Source: Octopus bimaculoides
Taxonomy: Eukaryota
Direction: 5' to 3'
DNA: 64,000 nt
NCBI RefSeq assembly: GCF_001194135.2
Contig: NC_068982.1
Location: 129,827,534-129,891,533, forward strand
Position numbers and translations under genes: made by a program. The notes under the pieces were generated by a model. It was given only the letters and a program-made list of their open reading frames with translations, was not told the DNA's origin and did no database searches. Below are positions 25,201 to 36,961 of this stretch, piece by piece. Numbering within the stretch: the first letter of the stretch is position 1; every line of letters begins with the position of its first letter.

Positions 25201-26330
25201 GTTTATTTTCCAGCAATCCATTTAACATTACTTGTGCACTTTCTATAGAAAGTACAGTACAGATAAGCAACACATCCAGAGATACAATACTGACCTTAAT
25301 GTTGGAAGTTTCATACTCAAACTGGAAAACAAACACGTTCAAGTATTTGATCAGCTTTAATATATTATAAGGAAATAGCAAATAGATATGGTTGAGTGAT
25401 AAACTAAATGCATTACAGCATTTAATTTCATGTCTCTAGATATGTTCAGGAATTGTCTGGGCCTCTCATTGCTTAAGAGTTAATAAAATAAGAACTAATA
25501 ATATTCAGGTGTTTATTCAATCACTTCAATAATACTCAATATTGACTTTTGAAAATTGTTGGCTTGATGCCTGCCAAGTCAAAAAAAAATTTGAATGAAA
25601 ATTGAGATTTCAACTGCAAGGGAGGTAACCCTAAACTATTCTAAATGCCCAACATTTAAAAAAGTAATAACTATGTAAAGTAATTTATTTAAAATCCATA
25701 AATTCAGTATATAAATACATCCACTTCATAAGGTACATAACTGGAGCATGGCTAGGGATGGGGGTTGAGAAGTAGAGAGGTAGATATATTAATGTACTGA
25801 CCTATCGTTTTGATAGTCTGAGTTCATTATATTTCTTTTGATTTTTTTGCTCTTACAAATTTCTGGCTCTGTGTCAATTGAGGTATGATCTCTCAAGAAG
25901 TAAGCTTTTGGTAAAACAAGTTAGTGATATACTTTTCATTGTTAGTTGAAGCCAATTCATTTGTGTCTTTAATGATCTGGGGAAAGGCATGCATGTTACA
26001 ACAACCCACTTTTGCCAAAAACACAGAGCTTTGCATGAGTTATGTATTCATATGTTGTTTCTGAAATGGAAATAATTTAAGCTAAATGAAAGTTAATATT
26101 GGTTTCACTTCAGAGATTAGTAATTAGAGTTAAGAAGCTCTTCTTAGATGTTATGCAAATTATAACATGGATCACATGATGTTGGCAGTTAGTTTTTTTA
26201 CATCATATGAAATGGAGTGACTATATAGTTCACAGTTTGAAGCTCTGAGGACATAGTGAGGACAATACAGCTCAGATTTACACTCTGGGAACATAAGATA
26301 ATTGACTACTGCTTTTTTGCTACATGTAAG

Positions 26331-26490
26331 CATCATCTATATATGTATATGTGTATATGGATATATGACCAAATATCTACATGTAAGCATCATCTATATA
26401 TGGATATATGACCAAATATCTACATGTAAGCATCATCTATATGTGTATATGGATATATATGGCCAAATAGCTCGGAAAGCGGACGTTAAA
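26331..26490 (+). repeat. Three ~45-55-bp tandem units attached to a retroposon tail
   Basis: TACATGTAAGCATCATCTATAT...GGATATATGACCAAATATC x3, then GGAAAGCGGACGTTAAACAATGATGATG. Confidence 0.8.
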
Positions 26491-27002
26491 CAATGATGAT
26501 GATGATGATATCTTTGTAATTAAAAAAAATCCTAGTTGTTTTCTTCCATTGTGCAGCAGCATGGGCCAAGTGTCAACACAACCTTAAGAGCAAAATTGGA
26601 AAGACAGAAATAATGAGGAGGCCCCTTGGATGGACTGTAACTATAATTCAAAGAATCTCATGCTGATTCTGCTTGAGAATTACACTAATGGTACAAGTGT
26701 TTGCAAAATATTAAGCAACTTTCACTATAATGATGAATAGGAAGTATCCTTGAGTGAACAACTGGGACATTCGGAATTAAAACTTATACAAGATTCATTA
26801 TCATCTCATTTGTGTGTATGGTTTGTGTAGAATTGAATGTCTTGTGGGTGAATTATTTTTAATCTTAGAAACACAAACTTTCTTTTACAACATTATAGAG
26901 TTTAGGGAAATTATTTTGCAATAATCGATCTTAGAATCTTTGTCAACTTATGATGATAATGGCAATGATGATGATGATGGTGGTGGTGATGATGATGATG
27001 AC

Positions 27003-27322
27003 NNNNNNNNNNNNNNNNNNNNNNNNNNNNNNNNNNNNNNNNNNNNNNNNNNNNNNNNNNNNNNNNNNNNNNNNNNNNNNNNNNNNNNNNNNNNNNNNNN
27101 NNNNNNNNNNNNNNNNNNNNNNNNNNNNNNNNNNNNNNNNNNNNNNNNNNNNNNNNNNNNNNNNNNNNNNNNNNNNNNNNNNNNNNNNNNNNNNNNNNNN
27201 NNNNNNNNNNNNNNNNNNNNNNNNNNNNNNNNNNNNNNNNNNNNNNNNNNNNNNNNNNNNNNNNNNNNNNNNNNNNNNNNNNNNNNNNNNNNNNNNNNNN
27301 NNNNNNNNNNNNNNNNNNNNNN
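27003..27322. other. Assembly gap (320 N) within a (GAT/GGT)n tract
   Basis: N run. Confidence 1.
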
Positions 27323-28135
27323 ATGATGATAATGGCAATGATGATGATGATGGTGGTGGTGATGATGATGATGACAATGGTGTTGATGATGATGGTGGTG
27401 GTGATGATGATGATGATGATGATGACGATCATGATGATGATGATCATCATCATCCTCATCCCCATTATCATCGTCATAATCATCATCAATATCATTATTA
27501 TCCTCAGCAGCAGCAGTAGCAGCAGCAGGCACTATTTAAATAATCATCAGCAGTCTAAAGTGAAATTTTAGAAAGGTTTATATTTTTCTTCATGCCTTAT
27601 CATTCTCATATTCTCCCAAATTCTTATTTCTTTATTGCCCATAAGGGGCTAAACATAGAGGGGACAAACAAAGACACACAAAAGGATTAAGTCAATTACA
27701 TCGACCCCAGTGCATAACTGGTACTTAATTTGTCAATTCTGAAAGGAAGAAAGGCAAAGTTGATCTCGGCGGAATTTGAACTCAGAATGTAAAGACAGAC
27801 AAAATACCGCTAAGCATTTCACCTGGCATGCTAACGTTTCTGCCAGCTCGCCGCCTTATTCTCCCAAATTCTTGAGCCACAATTTGTTGTTTACATAAAT
27901 CATTTGATGATGACTCAACAAATTTATTTATTCAGCAATCTATATTTTATGACATCACAGGTCAGTTTGATGTTATGCAAACTGAGAATGTTGTTTTTGT
28001 GACTTTTCATGTCCTTACTTTTTATTGATATTTTATAGTATTCCTAAAATTGTGTGTTTTCTTAAAAATATTATTTCCTAAAATTGTGTGTTTTCTTAAA
28101 AATATTATTTGTTAATGAATGTATTTCCAGTTTAA

Positions 28136-28914
28136 CCCCTTGCCTGTCTAAATCATTTTCAAAAGTTTGACCTAAATGTCCATGCTTGTTTTCAGAATTT
28201 TAGTTAGCCCTTGTTTTATACCTTCCGTATAATTGTTGTGTCGATGCCCCCAGGCAAAGAAGTAGGATCTCCCAAGACATATAAATAGAGGTAGTCTGGC
28301 CATGGTAGAGTGCTGAGTAACAGTTGAATAGCAGTCGAGTAGCAGTTGTGTAGCGGTTGAGTAGAGATCATCCGAAAGTGTTAGATAGCAGTAGCTTGAG
28401 ACATAACAGTGGCGACGAGGATGAGATGGATATATGGTATGATTTGTTCAAGGTCCCAGAACCACAAGCGAAAGCGGAACCGACACATAGGTCGAGTAAG
28501 AAGAGAAAACCGACAGAAATAATGGAAATAAATGATAAGAGAAAAAGATATGCCAGTTTCTCACTGAGGAAATAAAATTGATAAATTGTTTTTTTTTTTT
28601 TTGTGAAAAAAGAAAAACTCAAAAGGGGGAGGTATTGTGTCGACGGCCCCAGGCGAAGAAGTAGGATCTCCCAAGACATATAAATAGAGGTAGTCTGGCC
28701 GTGGTAGTGTGTTGAGTAGCAGTTGAGTGGCAGTTGTGTAGCGGTTGAGTAGAGATCATCCGAAGGTGCTAGATAGCAGTAGCTTGAGACATAACAGTAA
28801 TATAAAGCTTTCCAAGATGCTCTGGGAGTTGAAAAAAATTGGGAATGTGTGTCATATATGATACATGGATACCAGGAAAATACATCCTGTGTATAATATG
28901 TGATGCACAAAGGG
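28136..28914. mobile_element. TTAA-flanked piggyBac-type MITE hosting the TRIM
   Basis: TTAA at 28132-28135 and 28915-28918; termini CCCCTTGC.../...CACAAAGGG. About 216 bp once the TRIM is removed, matching the size of the other TTAA MITEs here. Confidence 0.6.
28234..28796 (+). mobile_element. Miniature non-autonomous LTR retroelement (TRIM-like)
   Basis: Direct repeats 28234-28408 and 28633-28796 with TGTT...AACA termini. PBS TGGCGACGAGGATG at 28410-28423, PPT AAAAGGGGGAGG at 28621-28632, TATAAATA in each LTR, 224-bp internal region, and a 5-bp TSD ATAAT/GTAAT with one mismatch. Confidence 0.88.
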
Positions 28915-29050
28915 TTAAGAATAGGTACTGCATTCCCAGATGTGGAAAGAATGACTAAAACTGAAACATGTACATGCTGAAAAAAAGAAAAGAATAATAT
29001 TACTCATTCGCTTATATTGTTTTTTCCCATTCATATATTTATATAGTGAA

Positions 29051-29369
29051 GGCACATGGCTTAGTGGTTATGGTATTTGGCTCATGATCATAAGATTGTG
29101 AGTTCAGTTCCCGGTGACACATTGTGTCCTTGAGCAAGACGCTTAATTTCATATCATTCCAATCCACTCAGGTGGCAAAAATGAGTAGTACCTGTATTTG
29201 AAAAGACCAATCTTGTCACTCTGTGTCACACTAAATCTCCCTGAGAACTATGTTAAGGGTACACGTGTCTGTGGAGTGCTCAGCCACATGCATGTTAATT
29301 TCAAGAGCTGGCTGTTTTGTTGATTGGATCAATTGAAACCCTCATCATCATAACCGATGGAGTGCCAGT
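29051..29369 (+). mobile_element. tRNA-derived SINE (family C)
   Basis: TGGCTTAGTGG (A box), GAGTTCAGTTC (B box) and a TGTGTCCTTGAGCAAGAC body. Homologous to the mariner-split copy. Confidence 0.75.
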
Positions 29370-31079
29370 TATATTTTTATATGAATAGATTTTTTTTATG
29401 CCCCCTGCATCAAATATGTCAGTGTTGATTAAACTACTGTTTTGTATGTGAATAACAATGCTTCTGAATTATTTATTTCTAAACAATTTATTTTTTCAAA
29501 CTGACCGCTTGTGCATTTACTCTAAAATTTATGTTATTTCTTCAGCAAGTATAATAAAATCTAGTCTTTTCTAATAGTCAGAATAAGAAGGAAATATGTA
29601 CATAGTTATCTTCCCCCAGTTCCTGTAAAATAAATGAACAAAATAATATTGATTACTTACATAGGTCAAAGGCTTGAAATTTGACAATAAGATTGACACT
29701 AATACCCAAAATAATATTAGTTATTGACTTACTGTTTTTCGTTCACCACATTTGTAATTTTAAATATTCTGTTAGTACTATAAATATTTAACTGGCATGG
29801 CAAAGAGATTAAGAAGTTTGCTTTGACCCTGGTTTCAATTCCTGGGAGTTGTGGAGCACCTTGGGTAAATGTCTTCAGCATCACCATTAGTTGACTTGAA
29901 CTTATGAGTAAATTTTGGTAGATCAAAACTGTGTAGAAGCCCTCTCAGATGAATTATTTCTGTAATTCAAGTCCAGCTTTATCACATTTTTGTGCTGACT
30001 CTGCTTATGAAGTATGGCTGGAATACTCAGTCATTTACATGTGAATTTCACAGGTCAGAGATTTTGTTGATTAAAGAAATAAACACTTGTTTTGGGGACA
30101 TGGAGAATCCATCAGGGTAACACTAAATTAACTTTTTTTGGTGTCATACACTTTCAAATTCTAACATCATCCTTGAAATTTGATAGGTATCAGAATTTGT
30201 TGGATTACAGGTATTTATGTAATTAATTATCTAATCATTTTTAAATGGTTGGTCCAGATTATAGCAGAAGGCACTTGATCAAGGTTCCATGCAGGGGGAC
30301 TGAACCTGAAGCCATGGAGTTGGAAAGCAAACTTTTTAACCACAGCCTGCACCTAATATTTACAGAAATATTTGGTTTCAAAATAACATTTTCTTTTTAA
30401 ACATAGAAATGTAGTTTTGAAATGACGTAGTAGAGGTGGAAAGGAATAAGAGACTGTGTGGAATACATATTTTACCTTCCCAAGAGTAGTTGAAAAATAA
30501 CAGGAGTAGTTTTAACTCTGTGCTAACCTTGGCATAAGTTCATTTTGGGAAAAATAAGACAAATAATAAAGTACAAATGAAATCACTTGATGAATATTGC
30601 AACATAAGTGATTCAGTTGGCTGACTGTAGAATTAACCATTTTTTTTGTTACAGAATTGAAAGGCATTATTCATTGAAGCAAAGCTAAAGTGGACATTTG
30701 TTCCAATGTTTTATTCTGCTAATATTCTCAGAATAATAAAACAGTAGCATATTAGTGCACACAGCAATTTTCTAGTATGTCAATATGGCTTCCATGAAAA
30801 CAACATTGTCCATATTCTCAGGTTTTTCTTACTTCAAACGAAAAAAAAAAAAATGAAAAGCTTAAGGTAGATTGTTAAATATTTTACTAAGATTTCAGTA
30901 AATATTTTAGAACTGACTTTTTTTTTTATGAAAGTAACAATGAAAATTTTATGTTTTGAAAAGAAAAACATTCAAATACTAAATACTCTCTCAAACACTG
31001 CAAGATACTTTGAATTCTAAACATTTGTTTACAATAAGAAAAGAACAATGTGTTTGTTGTTGCATGTGTGTGTGTGTGT

Positions 31080-31117
<38 letters not shown>

Positions 31118-31344
31118 TTTACTGCCCAATTTTCCATGCTTGCGTGGGTCACACAGAATTTGTTGAGGCAGATTTTCTACAGCCAGATGCCCTGCATGTT
31201 GTCAATCTTCACCTGTTTCCAAGCAAATTAATATTTCCTCATGGCCAGAAATATTTTCATAGAAAATTGGAAACGAATGACACCATTTGTATGGCAGTGA
31301 CACTCATTTACAACTAACATACAAATCAAAGACAAGAAGACATA

Positions 31345-31510
31345 AGCATGCATGACTGTATGGTCAGAAAGATTGCTTCCAAACCACATGGTTCTGGGTT
31401 CAGTCCTACTGCATGTCACCTTGGGCAGGTCTTTTCTATTATAACTTTGGACCAACCGAAGCCTTGTAAGTGGATTTGGTAGGTGGAAACTGAAAGAAGC
31501 CCATTGTGTA
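31345..31510 (+). mobile_element. tRNA-derived SINE (family D) with a microsatellite tail
   Basis: GGTTCTGGGTTCAGTCC...CCTTGGGCA...GCCTTGTAAGTGGATTTGGTAG..GGAAACTGAAAGAAGCCC. Related copies near 23620-23790 and 29800-29940. Confidence 0.7.
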
Positions 31511-31779
31511 TATTTACATACATACATACATACATACATAAACATATATATATGTATATTCTTTTATTCTTTTTTCTTTTATTTGTTTCAATCATTTAAC
31601 TGTGGCCATGCTGGAGCACCACCTTTAGTCGAACAAATCAACCCTCGGACTTATTCTTTGTAAGCCTAGTACTTATTCTATTCTATCAGCTGAACTGCTA
31701 AGTTACAGGGATGTAAACACACTGACATTGGTTGTCAAGTGATGGTGGGGAACAAACACAGACGTACAAATACATACAT

Positions 31780-31824
<45 letters not shown>

Positions 31825-31931
31825 NNNNNNNNNNNNNNNNNNNNNNNNNNNNNNNNNNNNNNNNNNNNNNNNNNNNNNNNNNNNNNNNNNNNNNNNNNNN
31901 NNNNNNNNNNNNNNNNNNNNNNNNNNNNNNN
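31825..31931. other. Assembly gap (107 N) within (TA)n
   Basis: N run. Confidence 1.
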
Positions 31932-31960
31932 ATATATGTATGTGTGTGTGTGTGTGTGTG

Positions 31961-32144
31961 TATTAATGGTGTGAAACTGAGTATTACCAGTTGGTTGATA
32001 ACTGATGAAGAATTATGGACCTTCTGTGTTTGTCTCCCATAACTTATACTGAGTGTACAACTGGACGGGAGACAAACACAGAAGGTCCTTAATTCTTCAT
32101 CAGTTATCAACCAATTGGTAATACTCAGTTTCACACTATTAATA
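31961..32144. repeat. Near-perfect hairpin: 78-bp arms and 28-nt loop, extended by (TG)n/(CA)n
   Basis: Arms 31961-32038 and 32067-32144 show 3 mismatches by manual alignment. Confidence 0.9.
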
Positions 32145-32196
32145 CACACACACACACACATACACATAGATTTATACACACACACACACACACACA

Positions 32197-32232
<36 letters not shown>

Positions 32233-32589
32233 AATATATTTATTATATATCACATAAGCATATATACATAGATATATATACAATGATATGTGTGTGTGTG
32301 TAAGGCAGAACTATTTCACCTCAGCTGGCCCTACTGTCTTTAACATCATGCCAAAGCACATAAGAGAAGAAAAAGTATTGCATAACATTCAAATAGTTCC
32401 TGGATGAATATAATGTATGTATGTAAATGTAAACATGTATACATACATATATCATCTTCATTATCATTTAATGGATGCCAAGTGATGATTATGTTGATGA
32501 TGATGATGATGATGATACATGTTCACATATACATACATACATATATATATTTATCCAAGAACTATTTGAATGTTATGGCATCTTTTTCT

Positions 32590-33180
32590 TCTCTTACGTG
32601 TCTTTCATGATGTTAAAGAGAACAGGGCCAGTTGAGGTGAAATAGTTCTGTCTTATTGTTGTGATGTAATGCAAGCATGAGTTTTGTAGAGGGCAGATGG
32701 CACAGGAACCAAATCTAGGATGAATTATAATGTGGGCAATGTTGATGGAATATTTTCTGGTGTTGGAGGGAACAAAATTTGAGCACCTTGAACCAATCCT
32801 AATCATGAAGACCTGTCACATTGTCTATTTTTTATTGATTAATCTCTGGGTTGCTTCAATTTTTATAACAGTTTGTTTATTTTAGAGAGACCACAGGAGG
32901 CAGTAGCATTTAAGGTGAGGCTGGGTGAAAGCAGGGTAGAGAAGGATAATGGTAGGAGTGTCTCCAGGACAAAGTCTTGAGGAGCCAGGAGCATGCCCTG
33001 TGGGCCATGTTAACTTCTAGTTTTATGTGGGCACTCTAGCTTAAGCTATTGGTCAACAGTTATTCCAAGGTCCTTGGCAGTGTTTGATGCCATGAGGTTT
33101 TTGCCTGTGGAAAGAGTGTATGGTAGCTTAAGTGCAGCCTCTTTAACAAAGTGAATAAATTAAAATTTATTCTCACTTAG
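32590..33180 (-). mobile_element. CR1/L2-like LINE 3' fragment
   Basis: HPRFG...ITTIRQNYFTSTGPVLFNIM C-terminal pattern. A short copy in the opposite orientation lies at about 32300-32375. Confidence 0.55.
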
Positions 33181-33737
33181 CAGCTTGTTTGTGCTTTCCA
33201 GCCCATTTATACACATTTGAAGTGTAGCTGTTACTTGTAAATGAGTATGACCTGTTAGCTCACCACTATGCTTTTGTTAATTGTTTTAGGTAGCTGTGTA
33301 GTCAAAAGCAGATATAGACATCCTGCTGGGCCTCCCACTCTCATTGACAAAGAGGAATATCATGAAGGAGTTTGATGATTGGAGGGAAAGAAGGCTGCAC
33401 CAGCAATTGGCTAGTATCTATTTTTAGCTATGTAGATTGGAGATATGTGAAGTAAAGGGCCTTGGCAAAAGACACCCAAAGTTGCCTGGTCCAAGAATCA
33501 AACCTACTACATCATATACCTTCATACACACACACACACACACACACACACATGCACACACACATGCATGCACGCACACACATGCACTCACACACGCGCA
33601 CACACACACTCTTTCACATTCACACACATGCATACACATATGTATGTGAGTTTGAGGTTTTCTATTATAGTTACAATAATGATGATGATGATGACAGCTG
33701 AGTTTATTGTATACAGTGGTCAGATGGTGTATATATA

Positions 33738-34289
33738 NNNNNNNNNNNNNNNNNNNNNNNNNNNNNNNNNNNNNNNNNNNNNNNNNNNNNNNNNNNNNNN
33801 NNNNNNNNNNNNNNNNNNNNNNNNNNNNNNNNNNNNNNNNNNNNNNNNNNNNNNNNNNNNNNNNNNNNNNNNNNNNNNNNNNNNNNNNNNNNNNNNNNNN
33901 NNNNNNNNNNNNNNNNNNNNNNNNNNNNNNNNNNNNNNNNNNNNNNNNNNNNNNNNNNNNNNNNNNNNNNNNNNNNNNNNNNNNNNNNNNNNNNNNNNNN
34001 NNNNNNNNNNNNNNNNNNNNNNNNNNNNNNNNNNNNNNNNNNNNNNNNNNNNNNNNNNNNNNNNNNNNNNNNNNNNNNNNNNNNNNNNNNNNNNNNNNNN
34101 NNNNNNNNNNNNNNNNNNNNNNNNNNNNNNNNNNNNNNNNNNNNNNNNNNNNNNNNNNNNNNNNNNNNNNNNNNNNNNNNNNNNNNNNNNNNNNNNNNNN
34201 NNNNNNNNNNNNNNNNNNNNNNNNNNNNNNNNNNNNNNNNNNNNNNNNNNNNNNNNNNNNNNNNNNNNNNNNNNNNNNNNNNNNNNNNN
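33738..34289. other. Assembly gap (552 N) within (TA)n
   Basis: N run. Confidence 1.
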
Positions 34290-34329
<40 letters not shown>

Positions 34330-34503
34330 CATACACACGCATACACACATATATATATATACACACACATGCATATATATATATCGTGTGTAGAAAACAA
34401 ATCCGGAGAAGAAGCACACTCTAAGGTGTAGAGAAACATATATTTTTTGCTGGGGAAGGCCAGTTAATGGGATCTCATAAACTGGCCTTCCCTAGTAAAA
34501 TAT

Positions 34504-34555
<52 letters not shown>

Positions 34556-34690
34556 AGAAAAAAATGTCAGAATTTTGGAAAAAAAAACTATTTTTGTATT
34601 TCTTCATTATTATTAGTGCTTTCTCAAACTTAAAATTCTGACGACTTTTTTTTTTTCTCAATATTCAATTTCTGTACATCACACCTAACA

Positions 34691-34725
<35 letters not shown>

Positions 34726-36020
34726 TACATACACATGCATATTGTGTAAGTAGTTGTGCATATGTTTGTGTGTCTGCATATCTTATATATTTATAATAAT
34801 TATGTACATGCACACTTATATAACTGGATGTATTTTTATAGCTGTCAGGAGGTTATACAAGTCTATTCATTCAATTATTTCATTTTCCCATCCAATACCA
34901 GTAACTATAATTAGTCTCTAATAGTTTATTAGTTTGAAGGATGTAGTTGCAGTTTGAAGAAGTAACTGATACTAAATAGCTGTTGTTGTTTTGTTTCACA
35001 GTTGGTAGTAGTATAGTATGGCTAGCAAAATAATAGTAGCTTTCTGTTACTGAGTGGCAAGCATTTTTGCAGAGAAGCAAGCCACCGCCATTGCCTTGCT
35101 GCTGTTGTCAGCAACCACTGACAAACTGTACCACTCCCAGCAACTGTCACCACCATCACTACCATAATCACCACCATCATCACAATCATTATCACCACCA
35201 CTATCATCGCCACTGCTGCTGCCGCTTCCATTAACACTACCACCAGGACCACCACGATGACAACCACGACCACCACCATTACTACTGCCCTCCCCACTAT
35301 CATTATATCATTATCAGCAGCAGTAGTACCAGTATACTACTACTGCTGCCTTCAATACTGTTAACTTCTCTGTATCACAACTATTTACCCCCTACCCCAC
35401 ATCATTAACACCTCTGTTTCTACTTCATGCATTTTGTTTGCTCATTTGGTTCAAAGTCTTCATTATTCTTTCATAAATGATCACTCAACATGTGATTTAA
35501 ATGGCTTTCGGTCAAAAGTCTTTAGCATGTGTTCCAATTTATATTTTTTGGCATGCATACTTCTATTGTATCATCCCAACTAAGTTCTCCACCACCATAA
35601 AAAACAAACAAACAAAAAAAAAGCAAATTAAACCAGTTCAAATTTCATTTTTTTTTTTGCAATCCTTGATTCCAATAGAAGCTACTTGACATATCTCAAA
35701 TCCTCTAATCCATTTTAACTTGAAGCTAATTAGTGAAAGAATCCTACATTTAGTCTGCTGCTGTTTCAATCAATTAGTGATACCATTCCAATAGAGGATT
35801 CTTTTTATGACTTATACTGGCAATTTTATTCATTATTTATAACATAATATAGCAAATAATAAAGACCTAGACTCATATACCGAGTTCTAGACAAAGGTTG
35901 TAAATATAGTGTAAAAGTTTGTATTCTCTATGGCTTGCTTTCTAAAGTAAAAGGGAAGGTGGAAACAGTTGATGGATAGAATCCTATTTATTCTGGTCCT
36001 TATTCTATCAACTAAAGTTT

Positions 36021-36730
36021 TGGATCTAGTTCAAAACGGGGGCACCAGTTTTCATTTATGTTTTATATAGTGTTTTTGGTACCGAAAGACTTTCAAACTT
36101 CGTATACTTATCTATTTTGTGTTATAGAACATAAAAAAAAAATTTTTGTATTCGAAGTTATTTCATGTAAAAAATTGTCTTATTTCGATAATTTCAACCA
36201 ATCACTGACAAGTATTCAGCCGTTTACAGTTACTCCTTTGGCAGTTTAAGCGGTGTAAAGCGTATTTAATCTCCATTACTTCTGACATTTTGCAGAGAGG
36301 CAACATATGTGTGTTCGTTTTCCTTCGTTTTATTTTTAATATAATTTCGTTAACATCTGCCTGAACTGTATGTGTACAACATTTGCCCTAACCCTAACCC
36401 TTCCCTCAAAAACCAGGCCTTGTGCCTATAATAGAAAGGTTTATTAGCTACTGCCAATATGCTTCAGCCATTTTTTGACAAGGAAATAATAATTTTATCA
36501 CCGCCAGAATCATTTGAGAATCGTTTGTTTATGTAGTCAGCACTTACTGTATCCGGCTGAATGGACGTCAGAAATACGACAACTTTAACATGAAATAAGT
36601 TGCAATATAATAATTTTTCTTAAGAAGACTAAGAGAAAATGATGTTTTATATGACACATTCTACCAGTGTCCCAAGTTTCAAAGTGTTTCGTTAAGAAAA
36701 TACTGGCGCCCCCGTTTTGAACTAGATCCA
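36021..36730. mobile_element. 710-bp non-autonomous TIR element (MITE) with TG...CA ends and a 6-bp TSD
   Basis: TIR TGGATCTAGTTCAAAACGGGGGC[A/G]CCAGT (28/29 match). AAGTTT is duplicated at 36015-36020 and 36731-36736. Contains an internal CCCTAACCCTAACCC. Confidence 0.85.
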
Positions 36731-36961
36731 AAGTTTTCATATGGCCTCTCTATGTACCAGTTGTAACATTTCATAGTCATAGTGTTAGTAACAGCAGCTT
36801 CCTTGTTCAGTGGATATTGGTTTTTAACTTGGGCTAATCAAAGCACAGCTCCGATGGATTGGCAATTGTAAAATTAGGGAATTGAAAAGGTATGAGCAAA
36901 TCTTGTACATGGAAATTGCAGATGTGCCCCACTTAGCTAGAGGTGCTCCTCAGAAACATCG

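Noticed and set aside
26331-26490. Regular short repeats as a CRISPR-like array (also the ~55-bp units in RTE UTRs)
   Set aside because: Eukaryotic context, no unique spacers and no cas genes; these are simple tandem duplications.
26911-27571. Poly-His/Met/Asp ORFs
   Set aside because: Trinucleotide microsatellite plus N gap, with no splice or homology support.
31970-32015. GAAAC-tga-GTA ... CTGATGA in the long hairpin, in type II hammerhead order
   Set aside because: Stem II does not form and stem I is weak, and both motifs are buried in the 78-bp duplex.
33424-34439. Long ORFs of 200-330 aa
   Set aside because: They are open only because of the N gap and CA/TA repeats.
36385-36402. CCCTAA/TTAGGG runs (also about 63630-63665) as interstitial telomere or fusion scars
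   Set aside because: Only 2-3 units, and both lie inside copies of the same MITE family.
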